The notes: generated from the letters alone by a model not told the origin. Shown: positions 17,473-27,880, counted from the first letter of the stretch. The stretch is 64,000 nucleotides of DNA from Candidatus Latescibacterota bacterium (GCA_963422735.1 OY730476.1:640001-704000); one strand, 5' to 3'. Program-made: numbers and translations.

Positions 17473-19521
17473 ATGAATGCAATCCGACGAGAAGGTGCTA
17501 TCCTTTGGGGTTTGGCCCTTCTGTGGCTTTTGGTATTTGCGGCCTCCATGCTCTACCACACCGGCGGCCGCTTGGCCCTGCCGCTGGACGATTCCTTCAT
17601 CTATTTTCAATACGCGCGGCAAGCGGCCCAAGGGCACTTCCTCGAATACAACACTGGCGCGGAGCCAACGGCCGGCGCGACTAGCCTGCTGTACACCTTG
17701 CTGCTGGTGCCGGGCTTTTGGCTGGGGCTGGATGGGATGGGGATGGCACTGTACGCGTTGGCATTGGGGGTTGTGTGGCTCGGGTTGAGTGCTCGGCTGC
17801 TCCTGCTGCTGGGCCGCAAGTTGGGTGGCCCGTTCAGCGGCTGGGTAGCCGCGTTGATGTTCCTGTTGTGCGGCCCGCTGCTGTGGGGCTATTACAGCGG
17901 CATGGCGATCGGCCTGTTTGCCTGCGCCATCTTGCTGACCCTGTATCTGTACCTAGCGGAAGACCGGCGCGCTCCACTGGCGGCGGCCTTGCTGGCGTTG
18001 GCGCGCCCGGAGGGGATTGCCTTGGTCTTGCTGCTGCTGGTGCTAGTTGCCTATCGGCGGGCGTTGAACTGGCAGTGGGGGATGCCTTTGGGGGCATACG
18101 CGCTCCAGGCCCTGCTGCTAGCTTGGTGTACGGGAGAGGCCGGGGCGTCTGGGGTTGAGGCCAAATGGCGCTTTGCCGAACCCCACGGCTCGCTGCCCGA
18201 GCAGATTCGCGCCGTCTTTTTCGACTTCGCCGAATTTGTCAAAGGGATCCTCGCCGGGTCGCTTGGGCATCAGACCAGCACCAATTTGTATGCGTACGAC
18301 GGCAACTACCGCCGCGTGGTGTTTGCCCCGTTTGTGGCGCTCTTTTTTTTAGCCGAGCTAAGTTATCGGCTCTGGAGCGAGCTATCCGAGAGGCAGATCG
18401 GGGTGGCGGCATTGGGTGGGGCGTGGTTTGTCGGCGGCGTTCTACTAACCTGCACCCTCGTCGAATACGACGCCCACTTCAACCGCTATCAGCAGCCCTT
18501 CTTGCCGCTCTACATTCTCTTTGCCGCCTTGGGCTTGGGGCGCTTGGACGCGACTGGGGGGGCATGGGGCAGCAAGCTGGCGCGGGGGTTGGCTTGCTTT
18601 TTCGGCTTGTGGGGGTTGATGTCGGCGGTCTTCTTCGCGGTCGCGTACGGGGAAAATTGCAGCGACATCCGCAACCAACAGGTCGAGCTGGCGCGCTTTA
18701 TAGACGCCGAACTGCCGCCTGATGCGCGCATTGCCGTCAACGACGCCGGTGCCCTGTGCTACTTCAGCCGCCGCCAAACCATCGACTTAGTCGGGTTGAC
18801 CACGGCCGGGAACAGCGCACCTTGGCGGCACGGGAGCGGGTCGCTATTCGAACGGTTGGAGTCCATGCCGCCAGACCAGCGCCCTCAGTACTTCGCCATT
18901 TTCCCCAATTGGTTCAATTTCCCCGAAGGGGTCTTCCTGCAGCCGCTGCACCGCATTCGCGTCTTTGAGCCGTCGATTGTTGATGCCGAGAAGGTGTTGT
19001 ACCAGGCGCATTGGGCCGCCGATCTCAGCGGCGAGGCTATCCGCAACCAGACGCTCTTGGAAGAGGGCTGGCGGGTGGTCGATAAAGTGGATGTGGCCGA
19101 TCTGGCAAGCGAGCGTCGGCACGGCTACCAGTCCACGGTGTGGATTCCCGGCAGCGGGGAGGCGAATCTGTTGCTGGCTCTGAGCGCTGCTGACAATCCT
19201 CAAGCCGCGTACATCGACGGGGGCCGGACGGTAACAGGGGGCGAGCGGATGGAGGTTGCGCTGAACGCTGGCCAACCGGCGGCGGTGATCATGCGCACGG
19301 TTACGGGCATCGCCCAGCACTTTGCGGTGGTAGCTAATGGAAAGAAGATCGCTGTCGTGGAGTTGCCGGGGGGGCGGGGCCGCCAGTGGCTCGAGCTGGC
19401 CGTCGGCCAGATACCGGCTTCGGATGTGAGCGGCCTCGTCGAGATTGAGACGCAGCCGATCCACTTTGGCGGCGGTTTGCGGCCGATTGTTTCGTTTCAC
19501 TATTGGTTCTTGCAGCCGTGA
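17473..19521 (+). CDS. multi-pass membrane protein, GT-C glycosyltransferase-like
   Basis: LDDSFIYFQYARQ acidic first loop, GATSLLY, LARPEG, many TMs, periplasmic NDAGAL...IDLVGL domain. Confidence 0.7.
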   Translation: MNAIRREGAILWGLALLWLLVFAASMLYHTGGRLALPLDDSFIYFQYARQAAQGHFLEYNTGAEPTAGATSLLYTLLLVPGFWLGLDGMGMALYALALGVVWLGLSARLLLLLGRKLGGPFSGWVAALMFLLCGPLLWGYYSGMAIGLFACAILLTLYLYLAEDRRAPLAAALLALARPEGIALVLLLLVLVAYRRALNWQWGMPLGAYALQALLLAWCTGEAGASGVEAKWRFAEPHGSLPEQIRAVFFDFAEFVKGILAGSLGHQTSTNLYAYDGNYRRVVFAPFVALFFLAELSYRLWSELSERQIGVAALGGAWFVGGVLLTCTLVEYDAHFNRYQQPFLPLYILFAALGLGRLDATGGAWGSKLARGLACFFGLWGLMSAVFFAVAYGENCSDIRNQQVELARFIDAELPPDARIAVNDAGALCYFSRRQTIDLVGLTTAGNSAPWRHGSGSLFERLESMPPDQRPQYFAIFPNWFNFPEGVFLQPLHRIRVFEPSIVDAEKVLYQAHWAADLSGEAIRNQTLLEEGWRVVDKVDVADLASERRHGYQSTVWIPGSGEANLLLALSAADNPQAAYIDGGRTVTGGERMEVALNAGQPAAVIMRTVTGIAQHFAVVANGKKIAVVELPGGRGRQWLELAVGQIPASDVSGLVEIETQPIHFGGGLRPIVSFHYWFLQP

Positions 19522-19559
19522 ACTGCTTCAGCGCCGGGCATCGAAATCACCGACTCACG

Positions 19560-20064
19560 CTGCGTCCCCGGTGGTCTTGAAGCGGATGCTGAGCCGAGTG
19601 CCGGTGGCTCGCTTGTAAGATGGATGGACGCGCTCACTCTCAAGGCGAGCGACGACGGATTGCGTGCGGCGAGTTGTGTTTGCGCGAGGCCAGCCTTGAT
19701 GCGGGTCTCACGCAGCAAGCGAGCCAATTCGAACTCTGGTCCAAGCGCTTGGTACGCCGCTTGGTACTCTGGTGTTTGGAGCCATTGCTTGTACAAGTCG
19801 CTGACTTTGCTCATGGCAGTTTGTGTTTTCTTGATAAAAATTCTCACCACCACGATTCGCTTGTTTTTGACGACGACATATGATGTCCCGTCCTTGCCGT
19901 TCAGACGCATTTCCCAAAGCGGGCCGTGTGCGTATGCCCATGCGCTTTAGCCCTACCGCCAAGATCAACTCGCAGGTACGGACGAACCGCGCTCGCATAT
20001 CAACAGGGAGTGCATTAAGTTCCTCATCCACAGTCTTACTCAATGTTTCAACGATCCAATTCGC
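19560..20064 (-). pseudogene. decayed type II toxin-antitoxin pair (RelE/HigB Gp49-like toxin plus XRE HigA-like antitoxin)
   Basis: Toxin: WIVETLSKTVDEELNALPVDMRARF, frameshift, then EMRLNGKDG...VVVRIFIKKTQ fused in frame to the antitoxin MSKVSDLYKQWLQTPEYQAAY...RIKAGLAQTQLA (ATG 19814). After a further shift: QSVVARLES. Confidence 0.85.
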
Positions 20065-20073
20065 GATAGTAGC

Positions 20074-20089
20074 ATAGCAAGGTTGCTAT
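20074..20089. promoter_or_regulatory. probable antitoxin operator palindrome
   Basis: ATAGCAA-GG-TTGCTAT directly upstream of the toxin remnant. Confidence 0.55.
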
Positions 20090-20254
20090 ACTCTAATTTT
20101 TCAAAGTTTTTCTCGGACTTCATTCGATACCTTCAAGTGCTGCCCGGCTACACCCGCTTCCGCCGCTTCGGCTTGGCCTTGGCCGTCAGCGGCACCAGCA
20201 TTTTTCGTACAGTCCGAGCAAGTGTCCGACACACTCACTGGCTATATTGGTAGT

Positions 20255-22195
20255 ATGCGGACCATAGGTATCGGCGCGGCGCGGCTGAAGCGAGAGGAAG
20301 CTATCCTCTGGGCTATCCTAATCGCCGCCCTCGGTGTGCGTCTGGCCTATCTCTACCAAGCGGTTGACACGCCGATCTTCGACGTACTCCTGATCGACTC
20401 CGAGTTCTACGATCGCCGCGCCCGGGCCATTGTTGCGGGCGATTGGCTGGGCGATCAGCCTTTTTTTATGAATCCGTTCTACTCCTACTTTTTGGCCGCC
20501 ATTTACGCGTTTTTGGGAGCTGAATACTGGTGGGCTGGCTTGGTGCAGGCGATGCTGGGGACGAGTAGTTGCTATTTGATCTACGCACTGGGCCGGAAAC
20601 TATGGAGCGCACAGATTGGCTTATTGGCCGCGCTGATGGCGGCGATCTACCAGCCGTACGTGTTCTACGACGGGGCACTGCTGACCGCCGCGCCGATCAC
20701 CTTTTTGAATCTCGCGGCCCTGTATTGCTTGGCGCACGCGCAAGGCGCGGCGCGGTGGTTGTGGGCTGCTGGCTTACTATTGGGGCTTTCGGCGACGGCG
20801 CGGCCCATGGTCTTGCTGTTTGTCTCGGCGGTCGCGAGCTGGTTTGTCTCGCAGTGGGGACGGCGCGGTTGGCGGCAGTGGGGGTTGGTGGTCGTGGGCT
20901 GCGGCCTCGTGGTGGGTGCGGTGGCTTGGCGCAACTTTCTCGTCGGGGGGGAGTGGCTGCTGACCACGTCCTCAGCCGGGATGAACTTCTACGTGGGCAA
21001 TCACCCCGAGGCCAACGGTATCTACGCGCAGGTCGATTTCCTGCCCAGCGCCGAGCCGGACTTAGAGCGCGAGGCGTTTATCCACGAGGCCGAGGTGCGC
21101 ATGGGTAGGGAACTAACCCCGGCTCAAGCCTCGAGATTCTGGCTCGCGGCCGGCTTGCGCTTTGCCGTGGAAAATCCTCTCGCGTACCTCACGCTGCAAG
21201 GCCGCAAGCTCTACATGTTCTGGAACGGGGTCGAGGCGCAAAACAACCTGAGTCTATACTTAGCGCGGGATTTTGTGCCCTTGTTGCGCTGGTGCGTTTT
21301 GGGGTGGGGGCTGGTGGCCCCGCTGGCGGTCGTGGGTTGGGCTACGAGTCGCCGCTCGTCCCTACTCGACCTGTATCTGACGACCTATCTGGCCGCCTGC
21401 CTGCTGTTCTTCACGTCCTCGGAATACCGCCTGCCCGTCGTACCGGTGATTCTGCTCTACGCCGCTTGCTGGATTGCCAACGCGGCTGCTTGGGCGACGA
21501 GCGGGGCGCATCGCCGGTTGCTGGGGTCGTGCCTGTTGGTGGCCTTAGTCGCGCTGCCGGTCAACTATCGTGACGCCGGGGCTGAACGGCTGACCCGCAA
21601 ACGGGTTGATTACTACAATTTCGGAGCCTTGTACCAACGCCGAGGGGATTGGGCGGCGGCCGAGAACATGTTCCGTGCGGCCCTGCGCATCGACCCGTCG
21701 TTTGCGCCGGCCGCCTCTGGCCTAACAGCCGTGTTGGCGCAGCAAGAAGGCGGCGACCCGGACATTAGACGTGGATTAGATCTTTTCAGCGCGGGAGAGT
21801 ACGAGGCCGCGATTGCAGCCTTCAGCCGCGCTCGGCCTGCGCCCGGGCCGCACAACAACCTCGGCCTGTGCTATTATCGACTCGGTCAATGGAGCGAGGC
21901 CGCCGCGCACTTCCACAAGGCCCTCGCGCTCGACGCCGGCTACGCCCGAGCGCATTTCAACCTCGGCTTGGTGTATGGTAAACAGGGAGACGACCAAGCA
22001 GCGGTAGATGCTTTTGCCCAGGCACTCGAACTCGATCCCAATCACGTCCAAGCGCACTACCGGCGCGGGGAAGTACTGGTGCGCTTGGGGTATCCCCGCG
22101 AAGCAGAAGCCCATTGGGCATTTTTGCGTACGCGAAACCCCGACGACGTAGGCTTACAGACGAAAATCGATTCCATGGCGCAGGCCCATCCTTGA
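20255..22195 (+). CDS. GT39/PMT-like membrane glycosyltransferase with C-terminal TPR repeats
   Basis: IDSEFYDRRA, PFYSYFLA, GMNFYVGNHPEANG, YRLPVVP, then TPRs (HNNLGLCYY, HFNLGLVY). ATG 20255 lies 6 nt after TATATT. Confidence 0.82.
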   Translation: MRTIGIGAARLKREEAILWAILIAALGVRLAYLYQAVDTPIFDVLLIDSEFYDRRARAIVAGDWLGDQPFFMNPFYSYFLAAIYAFLGAEYWWAGLVQAMLGTSSCYLIYALGRKLWSAQIGLLAALMAAIYQPYVFYDGALLTAAPITFLNLAALYCLAHAQGAARWLWAAGLLLGLSATARPMVLLFVSAVASWFVSQWGRRGWRQWGLVVVGCGLVVGAVAWRNFLVGGEWLLTTSSAGMNFYVGNHPEANGIYAQVDFLPSAEPDLEREAFIHEAEVRMGRELTPAQASRFWLAAGLRFAVENPLAYLTLQGRKLYMFWNGVEAQNNLSLYLARDFVPLLRWCVLGWGLVAPLAVVGWATSRRSSLLDLYLTTYLAACLLFFTSSEYRLPVVPVILLYAACWIANAAAWATSGAHRRLLGSCLLVALVALPVNYRDAGAERLTRKRVDYYNFGALYQRRGDWAAAENMFRAALRIDPSFAPAASGLTAVLAQQEGGDPDIRRGLDLFSAGEYEAAIAAFSRARPAPGPHNNLGLCYYRLGQWSEAAAHFHKALALDAGYARAHFNLGLVYGKQGDDQAAVDAFAQALELDPNHVQAHYRRGEVLVRLGYPREAEAHWAFLRTRNPDDVGLQTKIDSMAQAHP

Positions 22196-24321
22196 AAACT
22201 ACCCTCTGCGTACGCGGTGCCCGAGCAGGCGGTCTCGCCCATGTCGATATGGACTTGCCGCTAGGCCAGGTTATTTGCTTTACCGGCCGCAGTAGCAGCG
22301 GCCGCCGCGCCATGGCCTTAGATGTCCTGTACGCGGAGAGCCGCCGACGCTACATGCAGGCTCTGTCTCCGACTGAACGCGAGGGCGTCAGCGGGACAGC
22401 GCGCGCCGATGTAGATGAGATATCGGGCTTGCCTCCGGCCATTTACTTGGGGGCACCGCGCCGCGGATGCATGGTCGGGGACTACTTGCAGCTAGACGGG
22501 ATCTTGGCGCAGATCATGCTGGAAGAGGGACAGATGCACTGCCTCGAATGCGGCGGTCGCTGCCGCAGCTATGCGGCCGATGAGGTGGAGCGCGAGGTCG
22601 CCAACGTCCATCCAGACACCCGCTGTTTGGTGCTGGCCCCTTTGGCCCTGCGGAACGCAGGGATGTGGCAACAACTCGTGCAAGCCGGGTTTACGCGGGT
22701 CGCAATCGACGGCCAGATCCAACGCTTGGAAGGCCACGGGCCAGCATTGCCAAGCGGCGAAAGCGAGGTCCACGTCGTGGTGGACCGCTTGGTACCGGAC
22801 TCGAACGCTAGCGTGCGCTTTTTGGAAGCTGTGCGCGTGAGCCGTTCGATTTCGTCGGGGCAGACGGTGGTTTGGGCCGATGGTACCAGCGAAATGATGC
22901 ATTTGAACCAGCAGCCGACCTGCGGCAAGTGCGGCCGCCAGTATGAGCCGCTGGCCGCAGCCGACTTCGGTGCGGGCCAACCCTTGGCCAGCCAGGTGAC
23001 TCTGCACGGCCGCACCATGGACGAGCTAATGGATGCCCCCCTCGGCTCGTTGCGCGATTGGCTGGCCGCGGCTAACCAAAAAGGCCATAGGTACGCCAAA
23101 GTAGAGGCCGCGCTCGCCGAGGCCGGCGGCTTGAGGCTGGAGCATCTGCCGTTGAGCCGCCGACTCAAATCGCTGGCGACTGGCGAGTGGCAGCGTCTGC
23201 AATTGGCGTCCGGTCTCAGCAACGGCCTGACGGGCATCCTCTACATTTTGGACGGTTTGGGCAGTCAATTGTCAGGGGAGATGCTGGCCGCGGTCGCGGC
23301 AGGTCTTCGTCGGCTGGTCGCCGGCGGCAATACCGCGCTGTTGTTGGATCACACGCCTGAACTCGTAGCGGCTGCAGACGAGGTCTGGGCGTTTGCAGAG
23401 GGGCGGGCGCAGGTGGGGGAGACGACCGGGATGGACCGAGATGGACCGGATGAGAAACGGGTCGTCGAGCAAGCTACGCCGGCGTTGGCCATTCGCGGCA
23501 GTGGTGTAGTCGGGCCGCTTGCTATCGAGCTGCCGCACGGGATGATGACCTGCGTGTGCGGGCCTTCCGGCAGCGGCAAAACCCGCCTGCTGTACGAAGT
23601 CTTGCTGCCGCTGCTCAAGGGGCGGCCCGTCGAGTACGCCGCCGCGGGTGTGCCGCGCAACAGCCGAGTCGCAACAGTGGAAGCTCCAAGCGGCAAGGCC
23701 ACGCTTTTGCAGGGGTTGGGCCTTTTCGAGCGCATCGCCGATCTGTACGCCGCATCGCCAGCCGCAACAGCACGCGGCTGGTCCCGGGATGCCTTCTTGT
23801 TGGATCGGCCGGGGGGGCGTTGTCCAAGCTGCGAAGGCCGCGGCCAATGCCACTTCGATTTGGAGTTTCTAGAGGATATAGCACTGGTATGCGCCGCTTG
23901 CGAGGGGCGCCGATACCGAGACAAAATCTGCGAGGTGACCCTGCGCGGCGCGAGCATTGCCGATGTGCTGGGCATGACCTTGGAACAGGCTTGTACCCAC
24001 TTTGCCCGGCACGACCCAATTCGCCCGCGCCTAGGGGCGGCCGTCGGCTGCGGCCTCGGCTACCTGTTTTTGGGACAGGAGGTGCAAGGGCTAGAGCGGG
24101 GGGAGTGGTTGCGGCTGCGGCTGGCGCTCGAATCGACGCGGCCCTCCCGGCGCACTTGGGTGCTGATCGACGACCCGGCCAGCGACGATCACCCAGAAGA
24201 TGTGTGCGCGATGGTCGCGGCCTTGCGGGGGCTGGTGGATCGGGGGGCCACGGTCGTCGTCGCCGACCAGCATCCAACGGTGAAGGCGGCTGCGGATTGG
24301 GTGGTGGATCTGGCGCGGTAA
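22192..24321 (+). CDS. UvrA-like ABC protein, shortened, with degenerate ATPase motifs
   Basis: VRGAR, LYAESRRRYMQALS, DEISGLPPAI, GGRCPSCEGRG, CAACEGRRY, AADWVVDL; TTG start overlapping the upstream stop (TTGA). Confidence 0.8.
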   Translation: MKTTLCVRGARAGGLAHVDMDLPLGQVICFTGRSSSGRRAMALDVLYAESRRRYMQALSPTEREGVSGTARADVDEISGLPPAIYLGAPRRGCMVGDYLQLDGILAQIMLEEGQMHCLECGGRCRSYAADEVEREVANVHPDTRCLVLAPLALRNAGMWQQLVQAGFTRVAIDGQIQRLEGHGPALPSGESEVHVVVDRLVPDSNASVRFLEAVRVSRSISSGQTVVWADGTSEMMHLNQQPTCGKCGRQYEPLAAADFGAGQPLASQVTLHGRTMDELMDAPLGSLRDWLAAANQKGHRYAKVEAALAEAGGLRLEHLPLSRRLKSLATGEWQRLQLASGLSNGLTGILYILDGLGSQLSGEMLAAVAAGLRRLVAGGNTALLLDHTPELVAAADEVWAFAEGRAQVGETTGMDRDGPDEKRVVEQATPALAIRGSGVVGPLAIELPHGMMTCVCGPSGSGKTRLLYEVLLPLLKGRPVEYAAAGVPRNSRVATVEAPSGKATLLQGLGLFERIADLYAASPAATARGWSRDAFLLDRPGGRCPSCEGRGQCHFDLEFLEDIALVCAACEGRRYRDKICEVTLRGASIADVLGMTLEQACTHFARHDPIRPRLGAAVGCGLGYLFLGQEVQGLERGEWLRLRLALESTRPSRRTWVLIDDPASDDHPEDVCAMVAALRGLVDRGATVVVADQHPTVKAAADWVVDLAR

Positions 24322-24323
24322 AG

Positions 24324-24379
24324 GTTGTAACGTTGTTGCAACATATTACCTTGCGGGATGTATCGCTCCTATCTATCTT
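24324..24379 (+). promoter_or_regulatory. promoter with upstream operator-like repeat for the CBS-korAB-CBS operon
   Basis: GTTGTAAC-GTT-GTTGCAAC (24324-24342) followed by TTGCGG-N17-TATCTT (24351-24379). Confidence 0.5.
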
Positions 24380-24454
24380 TTTTTGAATGAGATAGATGCT
24401 CAAGTAGGACAGGTGAATAATGCGGTATTCAAGCCCCGAGAAAGGGGCTTTCTA

Positions 24455-24922
24455 ATGACGGTAGTGAAGAAGTTACAACAAGAGGTCATCGGCCATCTGG
24501 ATCTGGACGGGTACGCGGTGTGCGAGCCGCAGGAGCCGGTCGTCGAAGCACTCAAGAAAATGCGCCATCAACACGTCAGCGCTGTGCTGGTGGAGGAGGA
24601 TGGCCGCTTAGTGGGGATTTTTACCGAGCGCGATGCACTCACTAAAGTGGCCGACCAACCAGCGACGTGGCCGCGGCCGGTGGCCGAGGTTATGACCCGC
24701 GATCCGCATAGTTTGGACGCCCAGCAGCCAATCAGTAGTGCCCTGCGGCTGATGAACGCTGGCGACTATCGCAACGTGCCGATTGTAGATGAAAATGGCC
24801 GCATAAAGGGGAATTTGCCCCAACACGAAGTCATCCGCTTTCTCACCGATCAGTTTCCCGAAGACATCTACAACTTGCCGCCTGATCCCGAGCGCATAGC
24901 CCGCACCAAAGAGGGAGCTTGA
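24455..24922 (+). CDS. CBS-pair protein
   Basis: LVGIFTERD, VAEVMTRDP, YRNVPIVD. Confidence 0.9.
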   Translation: MTVVKKLQQEVIGHLDLDGYAVCEPQEPVVEALKKMRHQHVSAVLVEEDGRLVGIFTERDALTKVADQPATWPRPVAEVMTRDPHSLDAQQPISSALRLMNAGDYRNVPIVDENGRIKGNLPQHEVIRFLTDQFPEDIYNLPPDPERIARTKEGA

Positions 24923-24970
24923 GCATGCGCTGCGGAGCGAAGATTTTTCTTTTTTAAGGAGATCGTACGC

Positions 24971-26845
24971 ATGACCGAAATTGTGGTCCCGTCGGCAGCT
25001 ACGGATAAGCGAGAGTACTCGCAAGAAGAGCGCCAATCTGTAGTCATCGCATTTTCCGGCGATTCGGGCGATGGGATGCAGCTAACCGGCGGACAATTTA
25101 CCAATACTTCGGCTGTGATGGGCAACGACGTCAGTACCTTTCCCGACATTCCCGCCGAGATTCGCGCCCCGGCCGGGACCATCCCCGGGCTGAGCGGCTA
25201 CCAAGTCAACTTTGCCGCCAACGATCTCTACACAGCTGGCGACTCGCCCCAAGTGCTAGTGGCAATGAACCCGGCCGCGCTCAAAGCCAATTTGCCCGAT
25301 CTCGAACCGGGCGGGACCATCATCGTCAATACAGATCCATTCAACCGCAATGGCCTCCGCAAAGCCGGGTACGAGAAAAACCCGCTCGAAGACGGCAGCC
25401 TCAGTGGCTACGATGTGCATCCGGTCCCCTTGACCACCCTGACCCGCAATGCCCTCGCCGACATCGAGGGCATGAGCAACCAAGCGAAGGACATGTGCAA
25501 GAATGCCTTTGTCTTGGGCTTGGTGTTCTGGATGTTCGACCGCCCGCTCGACTACACGCTCAAGTTCTACGAGACCAAATTCGCTGGCCGGCCCGAAGTG
25601 GTTGCGGCCAACACGAGGGCTTTGAAAGCTGGCTACTACTACGGAGAAACGGCCGAGACCTTTCAGACTCAGATCTCGGTGCCGAAGCGGGAGATTGTCG
25701 AACCGGGGGTGTACAAGCGGATCACCGGCAACGACGCGCTTGTCTTGGGGCTAGTAACGGCCGCGCAAAAGGCCGGCAAACCGCTCTTTTACGGCTCGTA
25801 TCCCATCACGCCAGCCAGCACCATACTAGAGGGCTTGGCGGTGCTGAAGAACTTCGACGTGCGGACGTTCCAGGCCGAGGACGAGATCGCGGCCATGGGG
25901 TCGGTGATTGGCGCGGCCTTTGCCGGCAGTCTCGCGGCTACTGCCAGCAGCGGCCCGGGGATCGCGCTCAAGAGCGAGGCGATCAACTTGGCCGTAGTTA
26001 TGGAGTTGCCGCTAGTGGTCATTGACGTCCAGCGCGGCGGCCCCAGCACGGGCTTGCCGACTAAGACCGAGCAGGCCGATTTGCTAGAGGTGCTCTACGG
26101 GCGCAACGGCGAAAGCCCGATTCCGGTCGTCGCTGCGGCAACCCCGGGCGAATGCTTCGACATAGCCATCGAGGCCTTCCGCATTGCCATTCGCTATATG
26201 ACGCCGGTTTTTCTCCTGTCCGACGGCTACGTGGCCAACAACTCCGAGCCGTGGAAAATACCAGACCCGGATTCAATTGCGCCTATTGATGCCGAGCCGT
26301 ACACCGACCCCGACGACTACCAACCCTACATGCGCGACCCACAGACCTTGGCCAGGCCTTGGGTCGTGCCGGGGACGCCTCGGATGGAGCACCGGATCGG
26401 TGGCTTGGGCAAGCAGGATGTGACGGGCAATGTCTCCTACGCGCCCGAAGACCACGAGCGCATCGTCCACATCCGGGCCGCCAAAATCCGCGGCATTGCC
26501 AACTCCATTCCCGAGCTGGAAGTGACCGGGCCTGAGCAAGGGGACCTGCTGGTTTTGGGCTGGGGGGGTACCTACGGCACCATTCGCGCAGCGGTTGAGC
26601 AAGTGCGGGGCGAGGGCCTCGACGTGGCCTGCGCGCACCTGCGCTACTTGAACCCGTTTCCCCGGAACCTCGGCAACGCACTTGGTCGCTACAAGCAAGT
26701 ATTGGTGCCCGAGCTAAACTTGGGCCAATTGGCCCTGTTGCTCCAGGCGCATTTTCCAGTGCGCATCGTCAAGCTGAACAAGGTCCAGGGCTGCCCCTTT
26801 CAAATTCGGGAAGTGGCCGACAAAATTCGCCAAGTGCTAAGTTAA
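24971..26845 (+). CDS. korA: 2-oxoacid:ferredoxin oxidoreductase alpha (gamma-alpha fused) subunit
   Basis: FSGDSGDGMQLTG, PAEIRAPAGT, YPITPAS, QAEDEIAA, QRGGPSTGLPTKTEQ. Confidence 0.93.
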   Translation: MTEIVVPSAATDKREYSQEERQSVVIAFSGDSGDGMQLTGGQFTNTSAVMGNDVSTFPDIPAEIRAPAGTIPGLSGYQVNFAANDLYTAGDSPQVLVAMNPAALKANLPDLEPGGTIIVNTDPFNRNGLRKAGYEKNPLEDGSLSGYDVHPVPLTTLTRNALADIEGMSNQAKDMCKNAFVLGLVFWMFDRPLDYTLKFYETKFAGRPEVVAANTRALKAGYYYGETAETFQTQISVPKREIVEPGVYKRITGNDALVLGLVTAAQKAGKPLFYGSYPITPASTILEGLAVLKNFDVRTFQAEDEIAAMGSVIGAAFAGSLAATASSGPGIALKSEAINLAVVMELPLVVIDVQRGGPSTGLPTKTEQADLLEVLYGRNGESPIPVVAAATPGECFDIAIEAFRIAIRYMTPVFLLSDGYVANNSEPWKIPDPDSIAPIDAEPYTDPDDYQPYMRDPQTLARPWVVPGTPRMEHRIGGLGKQDVTGNVSYAPEDHERIVHIRAAKIRGIANSIPELEVTGPEQGDLLVLGWGGTYGTIRAAVEQVRGEGLDVACAHLRYLNPFPRNLGNALGRYKQVLVPELNLGQLALLLQAHFPVRIVKLNKVQGCPFQIREVADKIRQVLS

Positions 26846-26860
26846 AGCAGGGAGGTCGAG

Positions 26861-27880
26861 ATGGCCGAAGCAGTTGTAGAAACTGGGTTGAGCCGCAAGG
26901 ATTTTGTTTCAGACCAAGAGGTCCGCTGGTGCCCTGGGTGCGGGGACTACGCGATTTTGGCCCAAATGCAAAAGATGCTCCCCGAAGTGGGGATCCCACG
27001 AGAAAACATCGTATTCGTCTCCGGAATCGGCTGCTCTAGCCGCTTTCCTTACTACATGAATACGTACGGCATTCACTCGATCCACGGGCGCGCACCCACG
27101 ATCGCCACCGGGATCAAGGCGGCCGACCCGGATTTGAGCGTCTGGGTCATCACCGGCGATGGCGACGGGCTCTCGATTGGCGGCAATCACCTCCTGCACA
27201 GCCTCCGGCGCAATGTCGATCTGAAAATTCTTCTGTTCAACAACCGCATCTACGGGCTTACCAAGGGCCAGTATTCGCCGACCTCGCTGCCGGGGCACCG
27301 CACCCAGTCCACCCCCATGGGGTCAATCGACTATCCGCTCAACCCGATATCCGTGGCGCTGAGTGCCGAAGCGACCTTTGTCGCCCGCACTCAGGACACG
27401 AATACCAAGCACCTGAGCTACGTGCTCAGGCGAGCGGCCCAACACAAGGGGGCGGCCTTTGTCGAGATCTACCAAAACTGCGTCGTGCTCAACCCCACGG
27501 CTTGGAAACACACCACGGATTCGGATGTGCGCGACGATAATATCGTGTTTTTGGACGAGGGGCAGCCCCTCGTCTTTGGGAAGGACCGGGATCGAGGCAT
27601 CCGCATGAACGGCACCGAGCCCGAGGTCGTTGCGCTCAGCGACGTGGCCCCAGACGAGCTGGTCGTGCATCGCGAAGGGCGCGAAAACGCCAGTTATGCC
27701 TATATGCTCAGCCGGATGGAATACCCGTTGCTGCCGCTGCCCTTTGGTGTGCTGCGTGCCCTCGACAGGCCGACCTACACCGAGTTGTTGTTCGACCAAA
27801 TCGCCGCGACAACCCAACAGCGGGGCGCGGGCGACCTCGCGTCCTTGTTCAACTCAGGCGATACTTGGGTCGTCGAATAG
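26861..27880 (+). CDS. korB: 2-oxoacid:ferredoxin oxidoreductase beta subunit
   Basis: WCPGCGD, SGIGCSSR, HGRA, GDGD...NN TPP motif, YGLTKGQYSPT. Confidence 0.93.
   Translation: MAEAVVETGLSRKDFVSDQEVRWCPGCGDYAILAQMQKMLPEVGIPRENIVFVSGIGCSSRFPYYMNTYGIHSIHGRAPTIATGIKAADPDLSVWVITGDGDGLSIGGNHLLHSLRRNVDLKILLFNNRIYGLTKGQYSPTSLPGHRTQSTPMGSIDYPLNPISVALSAEATFVARTQDTNTKHLSYVLRRAAQHKGAAFVEIYQNCVVLNPTAWKHTTDSDVRDDNIVFLDEGQPLVFGKDRDRGIRMNGTEPEVVALSDVAPDELVVHREGRENASYAYMLSRMEYPLLPLPFGVLRALDRPTYTELLFDQIAATTQQRGAGDLASLFNSGDTWVVE

Noticed and set aside
19560-20064. Functional toxin-antitoxin fusion or programmed frameshift
   Set aside because: Several independent deletions affect both genes and no slippery site is evident; decay is the simpler explanation.
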